Shown here in pieces: positions 35,214 through 48,929 of a stretch of DNA of 64,000 bases (positions within the stretch are counted from its first letter, which is position 1; each line of letters begins with the position of its first letter). This DNA is from Lama glama (lineage: Eukaryota). The DNA lies in the NCBI GenBank assembly GCA_028534125.1, contig CM052824.1, positions 14,694,001 through 14,758,000 of the forward strand. Reading direction: 5' to 3'. The notes under the pieces were generated by a model, which saw only the letters and a program-made list of their open reading frames with translations, had not been told where the DNA came from and did no database searches. The translations under genes were made by a program, and so were the position numbers.

Positions 35214-38084
35214 TTCTTATTTGATTAATTTAAAAATTCCAAAAGTTATTTTGTTTCTCCCTCCTACCCATACCAATTCAAACCATGCTACAAATATGAA
35301 TACAGACCACGGGCTGCAGAGTCCAGCTGACCTATGTGTATGGAATTAGGGTCTACACTTTTTAGCTGTAGGACCCTGCATAGCGTGCTTGACTTCTCTG
35401 AGCCTCAGTTCCTCATCTGGAGGACTGAGTTAAATAAAGTCTACTTTCCAGAGTTGTGAGGCTTCAATGGGAGGATACACACAGAGCGCCCAGCCTGTTG
35501 TCAAGGTTGGGTCCTTCCTTTCCCCAGAGCCCCACATGAATGCCTGTAAATATCGACAGATATTGTATGACCCATATTGAAATGTACTTCATAGATCTTA
35601 GATCTAAAGGGGTTTATTTAGAACAAAGCAGTTTTGATGCATTGGTCGTGGGAAAATATTTCAGCATTAAAAGTAGGAACAACCTGTTGCATGTGGATGA
35701 TTGCTGAATTGCAGTTCTCCAAATGGGTGTTAGACTTCTGATACACTGTAAGGCTTCTTTGCGATTCTTGCCATATCCAGGTGCAAGCTGTAATATTCCA
35801 CGTGCACATTTTTGAAGATATAAATTGGCTTACTTTTTATTTAAATCTATTTTAGAAGGAAACTTTATATCACAACTTGCTCAGCGAGTGACTGCTTTAG
35901 GCCTGCCCCTAACATGTCAACTTTTGGATGCACTGGGTCCTTATGATGTCACATGGTTCGTGTCCTACATCAGGACCAGATTTAAGTTCTTTTTGTGGAT
36001 GGAGCTTCTACTTCTATTATTAAGGAGTGTGTGTGTGTATAAAGATGGGGGCGTGATTAGATCTGGAGACCAGAAGTAGCAACTTGCACATGGCTGTCTC
36101 AGCTGCAGTTTTCTTAACTTCCAAATTCAAGATCTTACCATTATATATCTCAACCATTTCAACTACTTGCTTTCATAATTGAATAGATGATCTAGGAGGA
36201 TTTCTAGGGTTTAAAAATGTTTCACATGTCAAAATAAGTCTGAATACACCTAAAACTTTATTAAATTCTCCTTTGGGCTAAGCATTGCTCTCCCCATAGT
36301 TCTATCTCACAGTGCCAGTGGTCTTCTACAGACTACTATGTTGTCATTAACATTTCAGGATGAATTTATCTGGACTGCATGTTCTTCCAGTGCAGAGGAA
36401 ATATTGGTTTCTTAAAAACTTGGTAGTTGAGGTGAGGGTTCTTGAGAGCAGCTGTACATGTTTGCCCAAGGCTGGCCTACAGTGAAATAGCCTTTAATAG
36501 ATGTGATTGACTCAGATAAGGAGACAGTAACTGGGGCAACAGAAGAGCTCATCTGAAGGCAAAGGTTTGCTCACAGTGGCAAAGGGGAGCATAGCAAGCA
36601 GGGTCATGCTCTGAAAAGAAACTATTGCTAAAGGCAGTAGTCGTGCCAGGTTGTGCAAAGGTGGCTAGAGCTGACGGTGGGGCAGGTTCTGCAGTCAGAG
36701 CCGCAAGCCCAGAGTTTGTGAAGTCAGGCATAGGGAGGGAGGGAGAAATGCTCAAAAGACTGTCTATCTAGACCCAAGTAAGGCTAACGTGAATGTCAGT
36801 ATGTCTGTGTGTAACCAACCGCTTGCCAATGAGAAGCTGACCACGGTGCGTGCCCAGGAGAGCTGGGCCGCCATATGACGGGCGTTTCCACACTGAGCTC
36901 CCACCGTTACCAGTAGGTTTGAGTTCTCTGTTTATAACGTTAAGGTTGTGCACCATTGCATCTTACTTAGTCTACCCTTTTCAGCCTCATTATCCTCTCC
37001 CCACTTATCCCTACCCAGTCCCACCTACCACTCCCAATGCTACTGTCTTCCACTGAGAGTCACAGGAACTTCTTTTTCGGGTAATTTGGTTTGAACCAAA
37101 GAAAGTGCTTGTCAGTTGCTATTTTTTCATGACCAAAGTGTCTAAGTTCTTTAGTCCCTTCCCAGAAAGGGTTGGTGGCACCCTTTGCCCCTACTCTCTG
37201 TAGCGTGTGACTGCTGGTTCTCAGAGGCAGGGGCCACCTCTGCAGCTTGCCCAGTCCCTAACGACGCCCTCGTTGGCTGCCTTCCCCCCTCCTCCCAACC
37301 CTGTGGATGACATCATCCTCCCTTCATCTCGGTGGGAATCCCAGCCCCGGAGGAAAGGACAGGGCAGGAGGCAGGGTACTGTTAGCAAACACTTGGTGAA
37401 TATGAGTCATCAAGTCTAATGACCCTTCCCTTTGTTATCTGTTTCCATGGTCACGGCCGTGGATGTGAAACAGCCTTCCACACATCGTGAATCATTACAT
37501 CACTCCTCCTTAACAACTTCCACGGCCTTCCTCTTGCCTGCAGGGTAAATACATGGTATGGGAGATGCTCTGCACACTAGGCTTTGAGCTCACTTTTCGC
37601 TTCCTCATATCACGCCCTCCCAAGACTTCATTCCACTGCATACAGGGTTTCTTCTTCTCTCAAGACCTAGCTCAAACCCTGCCTTCCCTGGAAGCTTCCT
37701 CAGATTTTGCTCACGTGGAGGCAGCCCTTCTCCCCCTGGGCTCTCACGGCACTGCATGTGCAGTTGCGTTCAGGCACTCTGCACGTGGGGCTTTCATTCT
37801 TAGTTTATGTATCATCATTCCCACCCTCCGCGCTCCAGACTGTGAGCTGCTCACAGGCTGGTGTGAGCCTTAGTCGTCTGCGTGTCATGGGAGCCTGGGT
37901 TCCACATCTGGTTCTCAGCAGGTGCTCAGAAAATGGTAACTGAGTGAAGGAAGGAAAAGGAGAAGAGAACTGGTCTTCTATTAATTTTTGAGCAAAATAC
38001 GGGTAGGAAGACACAATGAGGCACTGACCCAGTAAAGAGAGCAACGGTGCTTTAATGAAACTTTTCAAAATCTGTGGACACGTT

Positions 38085-41000
38085 AGCTGTGAAGCAAATG
38101 TTTTTTATTCTTTCCACAGAACAGATTTCCAAACAATGATCACAATGTTTAGGTTAATAAGATGCTAGACAGATGAGTAGCCAAAGAACGTTATAAAACA
38201 ACAATCCCATCAACTAGATCGCAAATGCAAATTTACTGAGACATCAAGAGAATATATGTTTATAGTTACATGGCTACAAACAAGACATTATTACAGTAAT
38301 CAAGTCCATAAAACTAGAAAAAAAAAAGCCGTGTAACAAAAAGGCCTTTCATAAGCTATTAAATGAGTGTACACAATAGACAAACCAATTTCAGACGTGA
38401 AGCAGCTTATAGCACCAACATGTTGGCAGGACCAGTAGAGGGGTGGGCAGTTGGACAGACAGGAAGGATCTCAGCCATTATCTACCTAAAGCCTATTGTT
38501 TTACAGATGGTGAAATTGAACCCAGGGAGATGCACTGCCTCGTCCAGTCACATGGCACAGGGGCACAGGACTGTCTAGACAATGATCCAGGCCACCCAAC
38601 TCTAGGTAAATACTTTATTTTAACATACAGATAGTTCTGTTTGACTTAATGCAGTTTTTCCTATTAACAGATCTACCATATAAGAAGTCAGTACAATTCA
38701 TAACACACTCTGGTATTACATTTATGGAGAAAGGACTGACGTGTACTGTGATTCACTTCTTGGGCCTATATAGATCTTAAATCAAAATTCGGAGTGATCA
38801 CTCAGATGACACTCTTAGTTGCACGCTGGTTGAAAAGAAGGCATCTGAAGGGAAAGTTTGGCACATCTTCCACTATCTAAACTAACCTATGCCTCAAAAT
38901 TACTAAATCAGTGTAATTTTTTTCCTGATAGTTTAAAGATTAGTAAAGTAGAAAAATAGTCCAAATAGAAAGCAAATCAGGTCTTTCCTTTAAAGGGTAA
39001 GTATGGCACTTTTCATTTTAATAGGGGGAAGAAGTGTTAAAAACCTGATTCTTTTTAGAAAAAATGTAGCTACAACCTACAGCTTGTGAACCACCTGGTA
39101 TAGAAAGTGGTTTTCTCTATTTAAAAAAATGTTTCTGTAAAATACTTTGGAGTCAGGAAATTCTATCTAGCATATCTTGCCATGGTCCTGAGGCCTCAAT
39201 TGGACAGATTTATGATGAACTAATGAAGATATAAGAATGGAAAAAGAGATCACTGTTAACAGAAGCAGGGTTAAAGGCGAAGTATAGTGAACATATGTAA
39301 ATAGCTTCATAGATATGAAGCCAAGAAGCTGCACGTACATCAGGGATTGTGTCAGCATAGTGGTGGTTGGAGAAAATAACACACTGGGCATTTGTCCATC
39401 ATTATCCTAAACCAGCTGCTGCAGGACAGTTAAACAGAGGCTTCACAAGTAGAATGAAGCCTGATAAATAAAAGTGACTTCCGTGTATCATATATATGTA
39501 TACATATATTATATTTTTCTCACATAGACGTCTCATTATAAGTAAGTCAACATTTAGCTACAAGTATTTCCCTCCTTGGGTCCAGCATCAAAGGATTTGA
39601 TTTCACTTTTCTTTAACATGCCCTATACCCAATTAGGAAGTTACATGATGTTCACAGGCACAGCCGTTACAGGATCTGGCCAGCAAAAATGAAAATGAAA
39701 TCTCCTGGGACCTCAAGTCCTTTCCTTACCACTGCAAGCATATTAACAAATATATAGCAAAACATACTTGTTTTCTGTTAGGTAAAAGACCATGTTTTAG
39801 TACTAAAGAATAAACTATGTTTGCTACCAAAAATGTGTACATTAACAGGATAATAAAAGTAATTTCATGAAAATATTTTATAACAAGCTGCATTATAAAT
39901 ATTTAAAGAAACAAGGTAAAAATGAGAGTGAAGGTAAGATTAGTGTTCTGAAACTATCAGTAGAAAAATATACTTATTAAAAAGAATGTCTCATTAAGTG
40001 ATGCATTAAATGTAAAGTTATCTTAATGTACATTTCAAATTTCACCTTTTGCAAGGAAAAACCTCTCTCCAACAAGTGCCTGTAATTTACTCGGAAACTG
40101 GGCATATTGCAGAACCAAGCAGTAGGTGACAGTAGGTTAAGGGCAGTGGCATGATTCCTACACGGTCTTGGAAGAGGGAGGCCCTTTCCAATGCTGAGAG
40201 GATAGGTGACTTGGAGAAATACTGAATATATTTGAGCACTTTAAAGACAGTACTGCATTTATTCACCCACAATCAGCATAATACTCGAAGCCCCGTTAGA
40301 TTTTAAAGGGAGCTTGTACTGTAGGGCGGGAGTGTATGGAACAAGGAAAAACCGTTGCAAATAATTCCTTCTTGGGGTTGAATCCTTTTCGAGAATAAGT
40401 TTTTAATCCTTCATTAGTAGCTATTTTTAATGAACTGAAGAGGAATTAAAATATCAAAGGCCTGGTGTATGGTTTGGGCTTGTACATGAGGATTTAGAAA
40501 GATGGACCCTCTCTTCCTTTTTGGTCAAGTTAACATACCCTCCCTCTGGCCATAGGAGATGCCTTCTTTTGGGATTCCCCACTGGAAATTTCATGCCCAG
40601 AGGAAAACAAGGTACCTGACACCCCCCGCTGCTGGACCCCGCGGGCCCAAGGAGTGGACCACTGAACCCAAGGCTCTCTCGGATGGCGTGTGGACAAGGT
40701 AGGGAGGACGCTAATGCTGCAGAGCTCTGAAAAGAGCTTAAGTGTGTCGATACCTTTATGTTCTTTGTATGTTTCTCTGCCACCACATTCCACCCACTTG
40801 GGGCTGGGGAGGGGAAAATTACCTCTGAAGATAGAGGTTCTAGCAGCAGAGGAAAGACACAAGGCAAGGCAGGCGGAGAAAGCGAGCTAAACCACAAAGT
40901 GAGGCCAAGAAGAGCAGCTGGTTTTCACGCACTTCTGCTCTGTTCCCATCATTCGAGCGGAGCTCTCAGAGGTGTCTACCATGACGCAGAGAACGGGCGC

Positions 41001-41851
41001 CCAGGCGCACAGCTGCCCAGAGGATCCCCAACGGCCTCCTCCCTGCTTCTGGACTCAGGATCACTGAAGCCCGAGAGCCCTTGGTGAGCTAATACCTCCT
41101 ATTATCAAAGGGCTTTTAGTTCAGTTTCTAAATGTTAATTGGCACAGGTTATTGTAGCCTAAGAGGTCAGCAAGATTTCAAAAGGAGAGAGAGGACTTCA
41201 TTACTCAATCACGATGAATACAAACTTAAGGGTGTTCTTTACTTTTTGTACAGTAACTACAAGAAAAGGGTTTAACTCTGCCTACACACAGCTCAAGATA
41301 AAGGTATAACTTCTGGAGTTGAGGAACTGATGCTATGGAGAGAGAGACATTTTTTTACTAAGGAAACAAGCTTTGAGATGTGTATATACAAACACACACA
41401 TATATATATACACAAAACACTCCTCGCCCACATATACTGTACAGATTGGCACAACCCTATTAAGAACACACTATGATAGAAAGGTTTTTAGGACTTAAGT
41501 TATTCTTGACATTTTTAATCTAGATGGGTGCTTGGGTAATTTAGGTCTTAACTGGATCACTCATACATTTAAAAGTATCTAATTGTGTGTTTTTTTTAAA
41601 AAGGCCAGACCAACTTTCCTTCAGCAGTAACCTGAATGGAAAAACAAGATCGTTATTCTGTATTAATTTAGTAAAGGGTATTTTAGAGAGAGGACAACTT
41701 GGAAAATAAAGACTTCAGAGTCCATGATTCCAAGTTAAGAGTGTTTTAGTTATTAGCAGTGGTTACCAAATAAGCTGAAGGGTCAATCTTTTCAAGGAGC
41801 TGCTCATAATTTGCTTTGTGAGAACAGGGGAGGAACCGCCTCACTGCTCCT
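38085..41851 (-). other. GNG12: GNG12 long 3' UTR
   Basis: Repeat-poor, AU-rich segment continuous with the last coding exon. The 3' end is inferred from the AATAAA at 38109-38104. Confidence 0.7.
38104..38109 (-). terminator. GNG12: Probable GNG12 distal polyadenylation signal
   Basis: TTTATT on + (AATAAA on -) at the boundary between the repeat-poor UTR and L2-containing intergenic DNA. Confidence 0.65.
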
Positions 41852-41977
41852 CTATAAGATGATGCAGGTTTTTTTATCCTTGAAAGGGTTTTCTGAAGTT
41901 GGTATCCCCATCAGCAAAGGGTCACTCCTGGCATGCTCCTCGCAGTAGGACATGAGGTCTGCTGATGCCTTTGAAAC
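41852..41977 (-). CDS. GNG12: G protein gamma-12, last coding exon ([41 protein letters not shown])
   Basis: Manual translation; not in the ORF track. AG acceptor at 41979-41978, TAG at 41854-41852, DPLL and NPF motifs, CaaX box CIIL. Confidence 0.97.
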   Translation of the reverse strand, partial: VSKASADLMSYCEEHARSDPLLMGIPTSENPFKDKKTCIIL

Positions 41978-42069
41978 CTGGCAGGTGGACAAACCAAAGC
42001 AAACAAAGAAAAAAATACTTCATTTAAAGACATTGCGTGCTACCCCACTGGGTAGCTACCAGATTACTT

Positions 42070-42586
42070 GTTACTTAAAAAAAGGAAAAAGTGCTTTTAA
42101 ATGGAGAAGTCTGGCAGCTAAGGTCTTCCTTAGCCAAGCGATCAGACTGACATCAGATGTTTCCAAGGGTGAGTGCGGCAGACGCACCACCAGCCAACTG
42201 GTATTCCTGCCGAAACACGTAGCCGGAATCTGATCGTCAGCAAACCATCCCCCCTGAAGTAAGGGCCGTTCTGTACTCAAAACTGGGCTTTGTGTTAGAT
42301 AATATTAGCAGCTGATCCCGAACGCAGTGGCTGTGCTGTGCTTATGTAGAAGAAGGCTCCTGGACTTAGGAGACGGCACAGTACAAGGGGTGAAGAGTCA
42401 CGATGCCTGCAAGTAACTTTCAGGTAGTTTAGAGATACACAAAACTCACATAATTTTTCTTTAAACAGAAAAAGGGAAAGCAAATGTGGCACAATGCTAA
42501 CAATTGGTGAATCCTGGGAAAGAGCATACGGGTGTTTGTTGCCACAACTCTTCCGTAGGTTTGAAATGTCTCAAAATAAAAAGTTG
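42070..42586 (+). mobile_element. L1MC4-like 3' end in the GNG12 last intron
   Basis: ggagaagtctggcag...ggtattcctgcc.aaa...aagcaaatgtggcacaatgctaacaattggtgaatc...tttgaaatgtctcaaaataaaaagtt. Confidence 0.7.
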
Positions 42587-43701
42587 CAGGGGCAGGAGAG
42601 GAAGAAGAAAAGTGTCTGTAATTCAAGGGAAGGTTGTATCTTACTTCCTCTTCAATAAAAAATTGATGAGAAGGCAGAACTGAGTTAAAGAGCTGAATCA
42701 TGGGCTTGGAGCCAGAACTCTGAAAGAATAGAGCCAAATTCTAGGAGAGCTTCAAGACTGACTCTTAAAAGTTGGGCTTGGGGAAATAAAAAGGACAAAA
42801 CTAGCATGGGGAGGTGCAGTACCTTCCTCTGGCACGAGTTAAGAATGGCAGTGCCACACCCTGTTCAGAAGTCTGGCGGGGAGAGCCCTCAGAACGATCA
42901 GATCAACGTCCTCAGGCCGGGGGCACAGGGCAGCAGAGCCCTGTCCGAGACAGCACAGGCAGCCTCCTGTTTGGAAGACAGGTGACTGTCTCCAGGCCCA
43001 GAGGAATTTCTCAGGTGACCACTTCAGTATCTAGGATACGGGATGACTCACAACATTCCAGGGCACTTACAGCCTAGCCCTCTCTCGGGATTTGGGGAGA
43101 GACGACTTCAAAGTCAGGTGACCCAACACATGCCTCCTGGTTTCTTCCAGGTCTCAACCGAGGCCGGCGTGACTCACCCCGGGCGCAGAATGTGGTCATT
43201 AAAGTCCACACACGCTGAAAAAACTGCCTTCTCCTAAAAAGGACACCCGACGGCAGACATGTTATGCAAGGCTACCTCGGCTGCACTGATAGCCCTAGAA
43301 TGCTTACTACATTCCCGAGGGATGACGAGGCTGTTTATAACGTCCACCTGGAACCCCTGTCCCGCTGGCGCACAGAGCGAGCACAGGCCTTGACCGTGTG
43401 CATTCAGGGCAGGCAAGTCCTCAGGAAATCCTGTCACGGGTTTCAGGTTTTCTGTCCAAGCAGAGAGGCTAACTCAGACACTAGCTCACCAGTGCTTTTG
43501 ATGTGAGGCCCGCACTAGGTAGAAATGAAAGAAGATTCAGAGGCTCCCAGCTTGCCGGGGGTCAGGGCAGGCGGCGGGGTAGTGGGAATCCTGGCACTTG
43601 GCTGAATTAAAGGGCATCGCCTTCTCAGAAATGTGGTCTAGCCCTGGGAGAGCACACAGAACAGGCCAGAAAACACGCCTGAGCCGGTCAAGGCCTCTTA
43701 C

Positions 43702-43794
43702 CTTTATTCTTTCAATGGAGGCCTCCATCCTTAACTGCTGCACGGTTCTCCTGGCCTGGGCGATGTTGTTGGTGCTGGCGGTTTTGCTTGACAT
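43702..43794 (-). CDS. GNG12: G protein gamma-12, first coding exon (MSSKTASTNNIAQARRTVQQLRMEASIERIK)
   Basis: ATG at 43794, GTAAGA donor at 43701. The exon extends to an acceptor at 43820 (26 nt of 5' UTR). The spliced product is 72 aa. Upstream non-coding exons and promoter are not seen in the window. Confidence 0.97.
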
Positions 43795-46700
43795 CTTCAG
43801 TTATGGTTCCTACTTGAAGTCTGAAAAAGAATTTATTTTAAACGTGAAGAACAGTCGTCTGTAAATTGTTGAAGCACTCACGATGCTCTGTGTTACTGGG
43901 GGGAAAGGAGGCAAGCGCGGCCGTCACCCCCGCCTCCCGGAGGCGGTTACTACGCAGCCCGTCAGCAACTGGAGTGACGGCCTAGGTGTCTAAGCTCGGG
44001 GTTCTCTGGGCACCATCATGAATCTTTCGTCTGCAGAAACCCGGTACTAGTAGTTAAATCCAGGCGCCCCACATCCAGCACCAAGCAGCCTTTCCTCGGA
44101 TTTTCTAAGGGGAAACAAATACACACCAACATCTGTGGTAGGTACGAGGCCTCCAGCAAAGGTGGGCACGGGCAGCCAGAGGCCAAGCTCCACGTGCAGG
44201 GCCCCACTACTGCCCTGGATGTTAGTAGAAGGGCTGATCTCACTTCCACTTGGCTCTCTTACCCAGTGCTTACACTGACACAAGTCCTGGTGACAGAGAA
44301 CAGCCAGAGAGAGTGCTTCTGGAGAACTTTGCACAAAGGGTGTTTTTAGGTGCTATCGAGATCTGCAATCGTTTGGAGAACGTAAGTTAAACAGGCAGAT
44401 AAGTCTTTAGTCAAGAAAAAGTGGGAACCTTTCGGCTGAAAGACTCTCAGTGACAGATCTACAACAAATGTCAAATGGGATATAGCTGAAAAGCCTGAAA
44501 TAGGCAATAAAACCTCATCCGCGCCCGCGCCCCCGCCCCTGTGACCTCTCTCTGGCCTCCTCCTGGTGGCCATGGTGTCTGCTCCTCCCACAACCCCACC
44601 ACATGTTCGTGGCCTGACTCTCCCCTGGGGCCTGAGCCTTTGGATTTGAGGCTGCCCTCTGCCTCTCTCTCTCCCTAGCCACCTGGTGAAAAGCCAGGAA
44701 AATACTCTGGACCTTGAGCTTCGACTGGTCTGGTTGTCCGACGGCAGAGTTCAAGGGGAAGGGCTGGGGGAAGCGCAGCCTGGTGCCCTGCCATCTTTGG
44801 CTCAGCTCTCTCTCGGCAAGGTGGCACCGGAGGCAATCGCAGAGCTGGCAGGCCTGCCAGCAGTGTGGCAGTTTTATGACTCAGAGCAGGTGGACAGTAG
44901 GTGTGCCTCCCCGGTGCTATGCCTGGGCTCAGCAAAGTCTGAGGGCACCGTGGCGCCGGCAGCAAACCCCGGCTGACTCAACCTTCCAGAGGGCCGCAGC
45001 GGCACGGAGCAAGTCTGCCATGAAGGCTTCCACCAGGCAAGCCTGCAGAAAACAGCAACTCCCAGGCTCCGACGGTGTCCACCCGAGTTCCACCGCACTC
45101 AGAATGTTCCCGATGGCCGCGTTCAGGGACGTGGGGAGGGCTGTAACCTCTGAGGTCAGAGGTAGCTTTGGATCAAGGGACACATAAAACTGCTTTTAAC
45201 TGTGTGCAAAACTTTGAAATCCAGCCTAGTCAGCAAGCTTCCTGCTGCTGGTTTGGACCTTGCCACGTGCCAGCTGGGTGAAACCGGCAGGTTGCTTAAG
45301 CTCCAGGAGCCCATGTCTTCTCATGCGTAATATGGGGATGCTACTGGTTTTGAGGATTTGAGCCCCTGATGCACATGTGGTGTTTAGCACAGGACCAGGG
45401 CACTCCATATAGCGCAGCTGCTGTTCTGTTTGTCCTCAGGGGTCACACCCAGCACAGTGAGTGGATTCCCTGTCTCCCCGCGGCGAGCAGGCCTCCAAGG
45501 TGGGCTACAGTCATTGGCCGTGGGCAGTTCTGCTGCACTCGTGTCAGGTCAGAATGGAAAGCTACTGACAGCCAACTGAGGAGTTCCTTAGAAAAAGGGA
45601 GCACTTGCAGTGCAGGAAACTGGGAGGAGGTGTCTCTGGCAGGGCACGGTGGCCTTGCCTTGTCTGAGGCATTGGGCGACCTGGTTACAACACACTTCCT
45701 GACTCGCTGCCTCTTGCTCAGATTCCTCCATCATCCTGCCCCACCCGAAAGAGGGGCCTAGGGTCTCCTCCCAGTGGCTTTAGCGGCCCAGCCCCCTTCT
45801 GTGCTCCCAGGCCAGGGTCTTGGGCAGCAGGCAACCCCTCTGTGAACAGAGTGAAGCTCCCTGATTCAGGGCGTGCTGGTCCTCACTTTGTTCCCCGGAG
45901 CACGTTAACCGGGGCTCCCCAGCCAGCTGGCGCCAGTTCCCAGGACTGGCTCCCTGCCTCCAGAAGGCAAATGTGACACCCTTTCCAAGCGGCCTGTGGT
46001 TTCCAGGCTGCACCCTCAGGACTTTCTAAATGTTCCCTTTGCAGGAAAATAACGCCAAGCATTCTCTTCTTCTTCACAACCTCCAGGGCAAAAAAGTTTC
46101 CAAGGCCTGAGCAAGTTTTCCTGTAACTGCAGAACATTTCACACACGTAGGAGGCCTGGGTCAGCCATGCCTCCCACCCACTTGGCCAGAAGCAAATAGT
46201 CCACAGTCAGCCTTTCTTTTTAAAGTGCTCCGGTAGGTTCCCCTAAAATTGGCGAGAAACTCTGCATCTAGTGCATGAAGCACTTACTTCCTGACTGTAT
46301 TACAGTCACGATTATAAACAACGGTTCACAGTTCACACCGGCCAGCTTAGGGCTTCTTACAGCTTCTCCTATTCTGGCATCTGTATTCTGATCTGCCTCA
46401 CATAGAGCATTCTCCCCTGTGCCTCAGATAGCTTCCTGCTCCCTTGCACTGGGGATTCCTCTAGAAAAAGTTGCACGCTGCGCCACTGGAAGGGAACATC
46501 GTTTCTTATTATAACGCGCTTCCTATGGAGAAGTTGAATCAAAATTATTTTAACTTAAGGAGCCTCTTCGAGGAACTCAGTCGGCTGAGCTGCCTCTCGT
46601 GTACACCAGCAGGGTCATGGCTGTTGGATGCCTGAGCGGTGGGCAGTGTTTCCAGGAGCTGGAGGTCTCGCTGAGGACTCCCTCCCCGCTGGCAGCTGCT

Positions 46701-48315
46701 CTGCATCTCAGCAGCTGGGCTGCGGCAGAACCAGACAGAGAGGCTGGGGCACAGATATCTCTGAGCATCTCTGCACCTTCAGAGGGTTTTCTTTGGTCTT
46801 CCCTCAATGGCAGGGATGTCTAGATGTTTGTTTGTGCTACGAGTGGGATAAAGAGCTTGCTTTATTCTTACTCCAAGAATAGCTTCCAAGACAAACACCA
46901 CCTGCCATTTGGAGGGAGCCTAAGAGCGCACATGTGCTTTTGTCCACATCTGTCCGTGAAGCCCTATTCTCATCCTAAAAGGTATATTGCTCTTTCATCC
47001 TTGTTTTATAGACAAGGCAACTAAAATTACAAAAACTTGCTCCAAGTTGATCCAGCTCACAGCTTGTAAGCCTCTCCACCCCAGAAGCCACACTTCCTAC
47101 TGTATCAAGGAAAGGATGCAATGCTGACGAATCTGATTCACAAACACTCAGAGCATCACCGAGCAGTCCACAATGTGCTTCTCAAGCAAGAGTGACCCTG
47201 ACTCTCCATGACCTGGAGTTGTGGCCTTGCTGATGGCTTCATGTTTGTGCAACACTCCTTCTGGTGTAGAAGGTATCTATTTGTCTGTCTAGTGCCCTGA
47301 AGGACAGGTGTCCCTCTCATGTCTACAAGCTAAGAAAGAATGTTCTTGCTGCAGCTACTAGGCAAGGCCTGAGGTCAACATCTGGACATCCTGGGTCTCC
47401 AGGGCTCTGTCCCACCCAGAAGGGGCCAGGGCAGTGCCTGCCTGTGCAGACCCCCAGGTTTATAAAACTCTGGCTATTGCTTCTACAGCCTGTTTTTCAT
47501 TTTTACATGTGGCTGAGAGATTTGAATAAACCTATTTAATATTTAGCTATTCAAATACTTTGCATTGGTTTTAATGCTGTTGTTCATCTGAATTCTCAGC
47601 TTCCCAGAAATTCCTAGGAATAAGATGTTGCCTTAGGGAAATGTGAGCATGTTAATCTTTTTCTAGAGGGGCCTGAAGCAGGGAGGGGAGGCTGGGGATA
47701 GAAAGTGTGTCACAGAACAGACTCTGGGAGGAAGGCATCAAGAAGGCCCAGGATCTGAATCACAAGTCATCAGTGGCCTGGCCAGTACCTGCATCACTGG
47801 AGTGAAGCCAACACTGAGCAAACACATCCCTTGTAGGTGTCATAAAAGAGCAGGCTGCAAAAAAAGACAGCAGCTTTCCACTTATCCTCTGATCCTGCCC
47901 TCGACTCTCAATGTCCTCCTCCAGCTCTCTCTGCCTGCCCTTCCTCTGGGAGGGGGGCCAGCGATCTCTCTCATAGGCTTGCTGGGAGGACGGACAGGAG
48001 CACCGGCAGTAATGCCCCCCCACCCCGGGCACACAGATGTTTAGTAAGGGCTGGGCCCCTGGGCTCAATGAGAGGAAAACCACGCGTTCAAGGGGAAACG
48101 GGAAAAATTCAGACAGCAAAGAGTTTCAAGTTAATGTGATCCGTAGCAATGTCTCCTAGTAGGGCCTTGAAGGAGTGCAGGGAGGGGAGAGTCAGGCTCC
48201 CAAGAATAGTTTTTCTATGCTCATGAACACTTACTATTTTCTATCAGAGCCTGCAGGCTGAATCCAGGCTATGGATGTATTTGGTTGGGCCCCACACACG
48301 GTTAAACTACATAGT

Positions 48316-48329
48316 GTGAGAGAGAAAGT

Positions 48330-48384
<55 letters not shown>

Positions 48385-48394
48385 TGTGTGTGTG
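48316..48394. repeat. (GA)n then (TG)n microsatellite
   Basis: Seen directly. Confidence 0.9.
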
Positions 48395-48929
48395 TTAAAT
48401 TTTGCTTGCCAATTGAAAAATGGAGATATTTCACTTTAAAAGAAAGAAAAATGTCTGAAAAAATAAGAAAATCTTACAAAAGTGGGCTGGATCTGAGTAG
48501 CGGTGCACCTGCCTGGACCCCTATTTGAACTTGTGGCACCGCCTTTCCACGGTTCGTTGGCTACTGAGCCGCTGGGAGCTGCTCGAGGATTAGGCCAGGG
48601 TACTTGGGCTCAGGCCTGCCCCTGCCCCTTCCCACCTCTGGGGCCCTGCACAGGACGTGTAACCCAGCTAGGCCTCAATCTTCCCATGGGAAAAACGGGG
48701 ATAATAATACTTCTCCATCTCAAAGGGCTCTTGGGAGCATCAGATAAAATGAGCATGCAGGAGGAGTAAATGTAAAGAACAGTCCTGCTGAGCACTGAGT
48801 ATCTGCATCCTCTGATCACAGCCCGTGGGCAGCCCCTGATGGCCTCCCCACCTCTGGGTGGGCCTTGCTGAACTGCAGGGTTGGAAAGGTAAAAAAACAG
48901 ACAAACAAAACAAAACCCTACATCTCCTA

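Noticed and set aside
36826-36845. ERSE-like CCAAT...CCACG
   Set aside because: Spacer is 10 nt, while the ATF6/NF-Y ERSE requires CCAAT-N9-CCACG.
40454-41087. ORFs of 110-147 aa in the GC-richer part of the GNG12 3' UTR
   Set aside because: No recognisable homology or independent exon signals.
46292-46308. Palindrome TGACTGTA-T-TACAGTCA
   Set aside because: An 8-bp arm palindrome is expected about once per window by chance.
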